Assembly (NCBI GenBank): GCA_000146045.2
Contig: BK006946.2
Location: forward strand, 768,001 to 832,000
Source: TPA_inf: Saccharomyces
Taxonomy: Eukaryota
Length of the DNA: 64,000 nucleotides
Direction of reading: 5' to 3'
A program made the translations under genes and the position numbers. Positions 43,233 through 52,255 of this stretch are shown one piece after another. Position 1 is the stretch's first letter. Every line of letters begins with the position of its first letter. The notes under the pieces are model-generated. The model was not told the origin of the DNA. It did no database searches and saw only the letters and a program-made list of their open reading frames with translations.

Positions 43233-45980
43233 TCAGGGTTGTTGTTGTTGTTGTTGTTGTTGTTCTTTGTCGTGGGCTACCTGCTCCATGTACAGAGTGT
43301 GATTAACCAAGTTCAGATAAGCATACATGAAGTTACTTAGTAATACCTGCTCGCGCAGTCCCCTCTTCGAATTGCTCAATTTCAAGTGACTCAGCCGGTA
43401 TATGGCCCTTTCGACGTTAATTGGTAGACGGTGGTCGAACATGATAACCGTAGACACTGTCAGCAAAGGCAGTGGGAACCCAAAGGCACTGTCTGTGAAT
43501 TGAACCGGGGAGTTTGGTTTGTCAGGTTTTTTGACGTCTGCAAATGTAAGCTTTCTTGGGGGCAATATGGAGGTATGTTTCAATGGTGGTGCCGCTGGAG
43601 CCTGAGTTTGAGCTGAAGCTTCAACTGGGGCTGAAGTTTGGACTGGGGCTGAATTTTGGACTGGGGCTGAAGCTTGAACTGGGACTGAAGTTTGGACTTG
43701 TTCTTGAGCTGGAGCTTGTAGTTGAGCTTTTTGCTCATCGGTATTCTCCTTTTGGACGTGTTTGGAGTGTTGTTGGTTGGAAATTTCTGTCGTATTGCTC
43801 CTCTTCTTGTTCTTTTTCTTTGCCTCCTCTTCTTCTCTGTCTCTAGAGTTACTTTTGGTACTACTTACACTAACGGCCGGCTGTAGTTGGGGCAAGCTCT
43901 CGGAATCGCTTTCCTCTTTCTTTTCTATCTCTATTGCGCCTTCCAATTGTGGTTGTAATGGTATCTGCTGCTGCGGCTGAGAATCTTTAAGGGTTTTTAC
44001 GCTTATTTTTTGGGAACCATGACGGCTGTGATGGTGACGGTGAGGACGAGGGCGATTGCGCAACACAATGGGTTCAACCGGCTCCCTTCCACTTTTGTTA
44101 CCAAGCTTTTTGCTTTTCCTCACGCGAACGTGCACGGCATCGTTATTTGGTATTGATGGTGACGATGATGGTGACGACGAGGGTGATGATGATGCATCAT
44201 GCTTGTGGTGTGGCTTTCTTCTGAATAGGTTCGCAAAAGTTTTCTCGATTTTCTGTCTTGTCTGTGATGTGGCGGTGGAAGTACTTGAATTGTTCATTTC
44301 TTCTTTATTTGACACCTCCGTCTTCTCACCGCCATTAAATAGAGAAATATAATGTTTTTTGGAATTGTCGAGCTCCATTCTTTGTGAATCCACGTTTTCT
44401 TCATTTTCATCGTCCCCTTGGTTTTCTTCGTTATCGTCTTCTCTGCTCATTTTATTGTTCAACCATGTCCATCCGTTTCTTCGACGATGTCGCTTCGTTT
44501 CTTTGTTGTCATCCGTTGCGCTTGGCTTTACCATGTCTGTTGTTCCCTCTCTTAACTCTAAGTCTTGTTCTACTGTGTCATTTCGAACCTTGACGGGTAC
44601 CTCTTCGGCTTCTTTCTCTATTCCCATTTCTTGTTCCCACTCGCCACTAGACTGTCTGTAATGATTATAAATGTCTTGAAAATCACCAATTGACCCAGGC
44701 GAACTCATATTCTCAGAATCCTCATCTTGCTGTCTAAAAGGGGATTTGTGCGGATCTATTTCGACCTTTATTGTATTCTTGGTCAATTTTAGACGTTCTT
44801 CGTCGTCGTTTTTCATTTCATCCACACTTTGTTCTACTTCTTTTTCTTGCTCTTGTGACCTGATTCGATAAGTGTTGAATCTACTCCTTCTCAGTGACGA
44901 TCGTTCAGGCCATGTCATGGTATTATTGATGGGCATATTGGAGGCAAATTCACCATCATCCAAAGTATTCGCTTGTGAAGTTGAAAAACCAATATCTCCT
45001 TCATCATAATGCCCTTCCGGTTGTGGTTGATCTTTTTTATCTGAATATGAACCAGCCATACTAAGAGTTCTGGCTAATGTAATGGCATCATTGTCGGTTA
45101 GTCCTGCACTATTTGAGATCTTTGTCAGTTCTTCAGTTATATCTCTTAACGACACTGGTCTCTCTTTTATTTTGGAGATTCTTTCTTCGACTTTATTTAC
45201 TGTTTCAGAGGCACTGTCTCCCTTATTATCGTCATCTTCGTTATCATCAAACTCTGTATATGACCTCCGCAATGTTGAAGGCCTTCGTATTAGTGACGCG
45301 TTTCCATGCCTTGACAGCCCCCTGTTCAAGTTGATAGTGTTGTTCTCCTTATTTTCATATGATTGTGATTCTTTATCCTCCCCATTATCCTCAATATCGT
45401 TATTTTCATTGCTATTCCCATCATTATCTTCACCATTGTCGCTTAGTTGTATATTTTGTAAAGTATCTTGTACAAGCTCTAGGAAATTATCAGGCTTAAC
45501 GTTAGGGTGTTGATTGGCGGGAACCCATAATAAGTTTTTCTTTAATACGTTAGCATTTAATTTCCTGGATGGAGAGTGAACACCTTTTTTTATACCTAAG
45601 TAGTTACCTTGTTTAGTCTTATTGGAGGATTCTATCCCTGAGTTACCCCTCCCATGCAAGTTCTCTAGCGGAGTTGGATCGCTATATCGTGTGTTATTAA
45701 CGGTGGTTGTGTCACTTGGCATTGACGCAGAACTGGATGTCGTGCCAGACCATGATCGTCTCCCACTAGATTCCCCACCGAATTTTATATCTAATTCTGG
45801 ATCAATAAGTAAATCCATTGACCCAATCGACAATCTTTTTAGGTTTTTTACGCTGCGGATTTCATTGTCAAGGGACTGTGCAGCAATCAAAACTTCAGAC
45901 TTCCGTTTATCCCTTTGACTAGCGATCGCCTTATCGCTTGATGTAGTACGCAGCATGCTCTCGTTATCTCTATTGGACAT
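43233..45980 (-). CDS. ZDS1: Cell-polarity/cell-cycle regulator (PP2A-Cdc55 regulator), 915 aa
   Basis: A 915-aa low-complexity, Ser/Asn/Glu-rich protein with an internal (S/N)APVQ repeat and a C-terminal polyQ. It matches YMR273C. Confidence 0.9.
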   Translation of the reverse strand: MSNRDNESMLRTTSSDKAIASQRDKRKSEVLIAAQSLDNEIRSVKNLKRLSIGSMDLLIDPELDIKFGGESSGRRSWSGTTSSSASMPSDTTTVNNTRYSDPTPLENLHGRGNSGIESSNKTKQGNYLGIKKGVHSPSRKLNANVLKKNLLWVPANQHPNVKPDNFLELVQDTLQNIQLSDNGEDNDGNSNENNDIEDNGEDKESQSYENKENNTINLNRGLSRHGNASLIRRPSTLRRSYTEFDDNEDDDNKGDSASETVNKVEERISKIKERPVSLRDITEELTKISNSAGLTDNDAITLARTLSMAGSYSDKKDQPQPEGHYDEGDIGFSTSQANTLDDGEFASNMPINNTMTWPERSSLRRSRFNTYRIRSQEQEKEVEQSVDEMKNDDEERLKLTKNTIKVEIDPHKSPFRQQDEDSENMSSPGSIGDFQDIYNHYRQSSGEWEQEMGIEKEAEEVPVKVRNDTVEQDLELREGTTDMVKPSATDDNKETKRHRRRNGWTWLNNKMSREDDNEENQGDDENEENVDSQRMELDNSKKHYISLFNGGEKTEVSNKEEMNNSSTSTATSQTRQKIEKTFANLFRRKPHHKHDASSSPSSSPSSSPSIPNNDAVHVRVRKSKKLGNKSGREPVEPIVLRNRPRPHRHHHSRHGSQKISVKTLKDSQPQQQIPLQPQLEGAIEIEKKEESDSESLPQLQPAVSVSSTKSNSRDREEEEAKKKNKKRSNTTEISNQQHSKHVQKENTDEQKAQLQAPAQEQVQTSVPVQASAPVQNSAPVQTSAPVEASAQTQAPAAPPLKHTSILPPRKLTFADVKKPDKPNSPVQFTDSAFGFPLPLLTVSTVIMFDHRLPINVERAIYRLSHLKLSNSKRGLREQVLLSNFMYAYLNLVNHTLYMEQVAHDKEQQQQQQQQP

Positions 45981-46363
45981 TATAAAAGACAGCTAAATTC
46001 TCCTTTGAATTGAAAATATGTAACCCACAAAACAAACCAAAACTAACTAAGACCTTAAATTCTAGGAGACCAAATAAAAACCTTAAAAAAAGAAAAACGT
46101 CGAAACCTATTAGATGCCACCTTCTCTCTACTCTTAGATCTGACAACTTCAATACCACTGACACGAACGACTTGTTATTGAGTCCGTAATACAAAGTATA
46201 GGTACTTTATAGTCCTCCAAATTCTTTCACCAAAACACCAAAACTCGATTTTTTCACTCTTCCGTAACAAAAGCCCGGTCGCTCGATAGAATTCCATAAT
46301 AGTAGTGAAAAAAGGTTATAGTACATAGGAAATTTTAAACGGTATACAAGTACGTAAAAAAGG

Positions 46364-47311
46364 CTAAAGGGTTATTCTATAACCAGGAGTTCCTACCAGA
46401 GTTTGTAAGGTATCCTTCAGGGATATTAATCCAAGGACCAGCAGTGCGAAGTAGCACTTATTCCAGATTGAGACCAATTTGGAAATGCGTCCAGCTTTCT
46501 TGTCTACTACTGTGAAATGTAAATTCAATCTTGAAGGACCAGGAAACCCCATGATATTGCAAAGGGCATGCAGGATTATGCAGCACCATAGGTTCCCGCC
46601 TGTTCTTACGAATACAAACTTGGTTAACCCTCCAAAAAGTGTTGTGTATAAAATTTGGAAGCATGTTGTCAGCAGAATGGAAACAGTTGTCATGGAGCCT
46701 TCCTGTAATTGCTCATAAGCATGGTGTGCGTGCGCAAGTCCAAAAAAAAGCGATGGTTGCCAAAATAACTGTTGATAGCTTAGTTGCGAATGCGGTATTA
46801 GGTTTAAGTACGTAGTCAAAAGCATTGACGTGTAAAATATTTCCTCAGTTATTGGTGCAAATATAAAATTCCTGAAACTCCAAATATTCAGGAATTCATG
46901 GTAAAAATCTTCAAGTATAGAGCTCTTTGGATTTAATAAATGATATAATACAAAATCTAAAACGGGTCCACAATATAAGGTCAATAACATCGCAACACAT
47001 TTCGTTAAGTCTTTCACGAACTGGCTGAATTGCCAAGGGTTTGGCAATGCAGCGTAATAACCTGGGATAATACCTAAGCCTAAAAATGCGTCCTTGAAAC
47101 TTATATGTGAAGTGGTACTAGATAATTGAGATTGTAAAAAAGGCACCAAAAAAAGGTTGGAAATTAGCATAATTGTAAGTTTTTGCATGCGAGATTTAAT
47201 CGTTCGAGGATTATCTCGTTTAGACCCTTCTGGTTGTGAAGTTGCATATAGCGGTAGCACATAGGATATGGAGATGTATAGGAGCACTAGAAATGTTGAG
47301 AATTGTAGCAT
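46364..47311 (-). CDS. RCE1: Type II CAAX prenyl protease, 315 aa
   Basis: A polytopic membrane protein of the CPBP family with conserved EExxxR, FxxxH and HxxxN/D-like motifs (EEIFYTSM..., HALCN). It matches YMR274C. Confidence 0.9.
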   Translation of the reverse strand: MLQFSTFLVLLYISISYVLPLYATSQPEGSKRDNPRTIKSRMQKLTIMLISNLFLVPFLQSQLSSTTSHISFKDAFLGLGIIPGYYAALPNPWQFSQFVKDLTKCVAMLLTLYCGPVLDFVLYHLLNPKSSILEDFYHEFLNIWSFRNFIFAPITEEIFYTSMLLTTYLNLIPHSQLSYQQLFWQPSLFFGLAHAHHAYEQLQEGSMTTVSILLTTCFQILYTTLFGGLTKFVFVRTGGNLWCCIILHALCNIMGFPGPSRLNLHFTVVDKKAGRISKLVSIWNKCYFALLVLGLISLKDTLQTLVGTPGYRITL

Positions 47312-47650
47312 TGCTGTTCTGGTTCTCTCTATGACAGACAGTCAGTAGTCAAAGCATCAATTTATTTCGTTTTATTTTTCTTGACAAAGAAAATTCTATG
47401 TTTTGTTCCTGAAATCTCGATATTTTAGTAACTTAAAATAAAGGTAATAAAATCATCAAAGGTTTTCCATCCAGTGGTCCAAAAAAAAAAAAATACAGAA
47501 GCAACAAAAGAGCACCAGAAAATGCATTTTAAAAGAATTTTATTAATAATAGGGAATACAAAGGACGCGATAAATACCTTCATCTATAAGCAAACCATAC
47601 ATATATCTATATCTATAAGAAAAGTAACGAGAATTTTTTCTAATGTTTTT

Positions 47651-50581
47651 TTATTTTGTCACTTGCCTAACAGAAATAGGGATATCAATCTTCGCTACGC
47701 CAAGATGGTTTTCAAATTTAATCATTACTCGAACGCAATAAAACCTACAACATAGGCAGCTTTCAAAACTTGGAATTAAAGTTTCCTTAATGTCCTTATT
47801 AAATTCCAAGTTCACATTAATGTCTCGTTTGTACTGTAAAGGAGCAATCCTAACCCATTTATGAACAATCTGGTCTGTAAATTTCAGGGAAGTAGACGAG
47901 CTACCGCTAGGTAAAAATAAACTACTCTTGGATGAAGAAGTTACTGGCGTTAATGACGCTGAACTGGGCGACGATGAACTACCGTTACCTGTGTGCGATA
48001 TTGAATCCTCAGATAATGCGTGCTTTGAGTGTTGTTTTAGGGTACTGACCTGTTTTTTAAAAATGTTGGATAAGTTGTGAACACTAACTTTCAAGTTGCA
48101 AATGCTTTCGATATCGTTAAACAGCTGTGAAGTAATAAAATCTGTAAATTTCAGTTCCTTTGGCCTACGGTCTCCCCTATTCATATTATATAACTCATTT
48201 AATTCAAGAAAATTCTTGTTGAACTTGGTTTCATATTCACAAATTTTTGAATGGAAATCATCGTACAAAGCTTTGATGCTTGTCAGCTTCTCTTTGTTCA
48301 TCAACAGTTCAGAATTGAGTTTTATTGGGATAGAATTATCAGATTTAGCAGTTATACATATCAGTTCTGTGGTAATCGATTGAATTTCTGGCGGATCATG
48401 AGGTAAGCTATTATCGGATTCTATGCAAGTCAATTGTAAATCAAGTTTTTCCAATGGTTTTTTTACGTCTTCCGGAATCAACTCAGACAATCTCACCCAA
48501 TTTTCTTGGTCGTGTTTACTCTTAGATTCAAAAACATTGGTCTTTCTCAATAATGAGGGAGCCCAATATGGTAGGCCCTGTTTTGGAATTTTCGCCTTTA
48601 CTAGTATTAGCCCTGTCCTTTCTTTATTTCCCGTTAAATCATGATTATTCTTTCCCGCATTTGAGGAAGAGGACATTGAGCTGGAACTGCTGTTTAAAAA
48701 ATGAGAGAAGTTCAGAAATGAGGAGGAATTGGATTTGTTTTTCAGTTTATATTTTAGTTCACTTTCAACAAAGGGACCCCAAGCTCTGGAAGTATCGGTA
48801 TTATGACCACTATTTCCACTGCGGCCATTGTCCAAATCGTGGCCCAACTTCAAATCGTTATAGTTGACTAAATAGTTATTTCTGTTCTTAATGTGCAGTT
48901 GGTCCAATTTCCTCTGCAAAATTTCTTGGGAGTCTGATTCAATAGAATCATCAATGGTACCACTCAAGTCTGCACCGTGAATGTCGCGGTTCGTTATGGG
49001 TTCTTTTTTCTCTAATCTCTGAAAGATTTTTCTAAGAGCATCCAACCTTTCCTGCACTAGTTTGGTGATATCATTCAGCTGACTCATAGTGGTTCTTTCT
49101 CCGACGACATTGGCGTCAAAACCAAAAGGGATTACTCTTAGATTATATTCTCTTTCCTTCATAATATACAGTTTAGAGGCCTTTTGATCTTTACCGACAA
49201 TCCTTGCATCAATAGTGTAATTGATCGAAAGGTTGTCATCAGACATATCGTTAGTTAAGATGGGGGAGCCCTTTGTACCTAAATGACCGCACCCAAGTAC
49301 CCTATTGACTTTGATACCGGAATATTTGCAATTGTTCCTATATTTATCAATACCAAAACTGGGAGGTAACAAACAATGAGAGAAATGCTCCTGCTTACAA
49401 GTGACATCTAGCAATTGCAGTGGCAATTTGAAAATGAAGAATTTCTTGTACTTGACTCCGGGTTCCAGAACCCGGCTATTGTTTAGCCCAAATACAGAAC
49501 CATCGTAGTCAACATCTGCGGGAATGAAGTCCACACCGGACCCCAGTGCTATTTTCGAGTATGACCAAGAAGCGCTCAAGTCTACCATCCTTAAAAACCG
49601 TTTAATCGTTCTTTTACTCTTTACTTTATCAATAATGGAAATGTAAGACTCTAAAGTGACATAGAACATTTCAAACTTTAGGTTTGCTTGAGATTTGTTT
49701 TCAATAGTGATAAAACCATGAATCAAATCCCCCGACGTATACTCTTTCAAAATGGACTCCTCCTCCGGCTTCACGTGTGGTATAGGTGCATGCTTCGTCG
49801 TCTTGATGGTGATTTCGATGGGTGTGGACATTTTTGGTAAAGTGTACAATTTGTCGATGAAAATGTTGTCTGTATCGTTCAAGTCATCAAGTATGGGAGG
49901 TATATCCAGTGAATCTTCATCGACAGCGGTTGATTGATGTGCTGCAATACTGTGATGTTCGGTTCGAAGGGGAATTAAGTTTTCTAAATTTGATGTTGAC
50001 GAAGAACGTGTGGCACCCAATGCGTCAGTGGACAATGATTGATGTGAGAGATCAGCGCTCGAGCCCGCAGCACCTGTTGCAGTAGAATTATTGGCCTCTT
50101 GGTATGAAGGTGGGAAATCATGCCTATCTGGATCGACGTTGCCCTGCGGAATGTGCCTATGCAGGGTATTGTACATCTCAAATGAGGGCAGTACATCAAC
50201 AACATTGTTGATATCTCCGTCGGTCAAGGACCTTCCGGTCTCGACGGGGGTCGCATTTGCAGTTGATCTTCTCAAAGGAGAACGATTACCTCCAGCAGGC
50301 GTTCCGGTGGAAGGAGCATGCGAATGAGAATGTGCTAGTTCGGGACGTCTTAGTCCAAGGATCCCCGTAGCAGACGCGCTTCTTATCCATGATTTTGGAG
50401 AGTGTAACGACGGTGACCTCGAACTGCCTTTACCACCCTCTTGTTTCTGCCTACCACGCCCCCTTGTGTTTGCATTAACGTTCATAGTTGTCGAACTATT
50501 TGCGGTAAAATCAGATCGTTGAGGACGCAGCAAAGGCTTCCTCTTCGGTGGAAACCCCGAATCGTTCAAATCTTTGGCCAT
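47651..50581 (-). CDS. BUL1: Rsp5 ubiquitin-ligase adaptor, 976 aa
   Basis: PY motif PPSY (HDFPPSYQEAN) for Rsp5 WW-domain binding, with an arrestin-like core. It matches YMR275C. Confidence 0.92.
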   Translation of the reverse strand: MAKDLNDSGFPPKRKPLLRPQRSDFTANSSTTMNVNANTRGRGRQKQEGGKGSSRSPSLHSPKSWIRSASATGILGLRRPELAHSHSHAPSTGTPAGGNRSPLRRSTANATPVETGRSLTDGDINNVVDVLPSFEMYNTLHRHIPQGNVDPDRHDFPPSYQEANNSTATGAAGSSADLSHQSLSTDALGATRSSSTSNLENLIPLRTEHHSIAAHQSTAVDEDSLDIPPILDDLNDTDNIFIDKLYTLPKMSTPIEITIKTTKHAPIPHVKPEEESILKEYTSGDLIHGFITIENKSQANLKFEMFYVTLESYISIIDKVKSKRTIKRFLRMVDLSASWSYSKIALGSGVDFIPADVDYDGSVFGLNNSRVLEPGVKYKKFFIFKLPLQLLDVTCKQEHFSHCLLPPSFGIDKYRNNCKYSGIKVNRVLGCGHLGTKGSPILTNDMSDDNLSINYTIDARIVGKDQKASKLYIMKEREYNLRVIPFGFDANVVGERTTMSQLNDITKLVQERLDALRKIFQRLEKKEPITNRDIHGADLSGTIDDSIESDSQEILQRKLDQLHIKNRNNYLVNYNDLKLGHDLDNGRSGNSGHNTDTSRAWGPFVESELKYKLKNKSNSSSFLNFSHFLNSSSSSMSSSSNAGKNNHDLTGNKERTGLILVKAKIPKQGLPYWAPSLLRKTNVFESKSKHDQENWVRLSELIPEDVKKPLEKLDLQLTCIESDNSLPHDPPEIQSITTELICITAKSDNSIPIKLNSELLMNKEKLTSIKALYDDFHSKICEYETKFNKNFLELNELYNMNRGDRRPKELKFTDFITSQLFNDIESICNLKVSVHNLSNIFKKQVSTLKQHSKHALSEDSISHTGNGSSSSPSSASLTPVTSSSKSSLFLPSGSSSTSLKFTDQIVHKWVRIAPLQYKRDINVNLEFNKDIKETLIPSFESCLCCRFYCVRVMIKFENHLGVAKIDIPISVRQVTK

Positions 50582-50826
50582 TTAGCGTACGATATACCTG
50601 TTGACACACACGAACAGTCTCTTTTCGCCCTTGCTAAGAGCTTCTTTCCATAATCACTATGCGGCTCTTCATTGCAATACTTTTATCATTATTAAAATAG
50701 CCTCTGAGAGCGGGTCACGGCCCGCTGAAGGGAAAGAACAATTTAAAGCCAGTTTTAAGTTCAATCCACCGATGGACGAGAGGCAAATAAGACGGATCAA
50801 AGACACCGAATCATTCTAGCACGATA

Positions 50827-51948
50827 ATGTCGTTGAATATACATATCAAGTCAGGACAAGACAAGTGGGAAGTAAATGTGGCACCTGAAAGCACAGTGTT
50901 GCAATTCAAGGAGGCGATAAACAAAGCGAACGGTATCCCGGTGGCAAATCAGAGATTGATCTACTCGGGTAAGATTTTAAAGGACGACCAAACCGTGGAG
51001 TCATACCACATTCAAGACGGTCACAGCGTCCATCTGGTCAAGTCACAACCCAAACCACAAACCGCCAGTGCCGCTGGCGCAAATAACGCCACCGCCACCG
51101 GTGCAGCAGCTGGCACTGGCGCCACCCCGAACATGTCGTCAGGTCAAAGTGCAGGCTTCAATCCGCTGGCCGACTTGACCAGTGCCAGATACGCTGGATA
51201 TTTGAATATGCCATCTGCAGACATGTTTGGCCCGGACGGTGGTGCATTAAACAACGACTCGAATAACCAAGACGAGCTGTTGAGGATGATGGAAAACCCC
51301 ATCTTCCAATCGCAAATGAACGAGATGTTGAGTAACCCTCAGATGTTGGACTTTATGATCCAGTCCAACCCGCAATTGCAGGCCATGGGTCCACAAGCCA
51401 GGCAAATGCTACAAAGTCCCATGTTTAGACAGATGCTCACCAATCCTGATATGATTAGACAGAGCATGCAATTCGCAAGAATGATGGACCCTAATGCCGG
51501 TATGGGCTCTGCAGGTGGGGCTGCCTCTGCCTTCCCCGCTCCTGGTGGCGATGCTCCAGAGGAAGGCTCCAACACGAACACTACTTCCTCATCCAACACA
51601 GGGAACAACGCAGGGACTAATGCAGGTACCAACGCAGGCGCTAACACAGCTGCAAACCCATTTGCGTCTCTTCTGAACCCTGCATTAAACCCCTTTGCTA
51701 ACGCGGGAAACGCTGCATCCACCGGGATGCCCGCCTTCGATCCTGCATTGCTAGCGTCTATGTTCCAACCCCCTGTACAAGCATCTCAAGCAGAAGACAC
51801 CAGACCACCGGAAGAACGCTATGAACATCAATTAAGACAACTAAACGACATGGGCTTCTTCGATTTCGATAGAAACGTCGCAGCCCTCAGGAGAAGCGGT
51901 GGCTCCGTCCAAGGCGCTCTTGATTCACTACTGAACGGCGATGTTTAA
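50827..51948 (+). CDS. DSK2: UBL-UBA ubiquitin shuttle receptor, 373 aa
   Basis: N-terminal ubiquitin-like domain (MSLNIHIKSGQDKWEVNV...) and C-terminal UBA (EERYEHQLRQLNDMGFFD). STI1-like Met-rich repeats lie between. It matches YMR276W. Confidence 0.94.
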   Translation: MSLNIHIKSGQDKWEVNVAPESTVLQFKEAINKANGIPVANQRLIYSGKILKDDQTVESYHIQDGHSVHLVKSQPKPQTASAAGANNATATGAAAGTGATPNMSSGQSAGFNPLADLTSARYAGYLNMPSADMFGPDGGALNNDSNNQDELLRMMENPIFQSQMNEMLSNPQMLDFMIQSNPQLQAMGPQARQMLQSPMFRQMLTNPDMIRQSMQFARMMDPNAGMGSAGGAASAFPAPGGDAPEEGSNTNTTSSSNTGNNAGTNAGTNAGANTAANPFASLLNPALNPFANAGNAASTGMPAFDPALLASMFQPPVQASQAEDTRPPEERYEHQLRQLNDMGFFDFDRNVAALRRSGGSVQGALDSLLNGDV

Positions 51949-52255
51949 ATAAACGTCTAGATGCCGCAACCTATATACTTTTACCCTACTCTATCGGCAT
52001 ATATTTAATCTACGTATTACATGTATCCATCAATAATATCATCATAATATCTGGACACTTTTGGAAGACGCGCCCTTGCGAAAGAAAAAAAAAAATTTTC
52101 GTTTCACACCTACAGTAATAAACACATAATAACAACGAGCTAATCATCCCAATCAATCACCCCTTCCCCCTTTAATTAGCAGCCAGGGTACTGTATTTAG
52201 TCATATAGCGGTACTTGCATTGACCGCGAACGTGTAAACACAAGCAAAGCAGATT

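Noticed and set aside
43431-45513. Multiple plus-strand ORFs (61-143 aa) inside ZDS1, rich in Leu/Ser/Phe
   Set aside because: They lie antisense to the Ser/Glu/Asn-rich ZDS1 coding sequence. Their low-complexity translations are typical of reading a biased codon sequence backwards, and no independent gene is supported.
48096-50327. Plus-strand ORFs nested in BUL1 (48096-48383, 48423-48867, 49752-49937, 50091-50327) and many similar nested ORFs in TRM732, TPS3, RSN1, CAT8 and FCP1
   Set aside because: All are shorter than 105 aa and fully contained within long, recognised genes on the opposite strand or in an alternative frame. I see no motif or compositional support for them.
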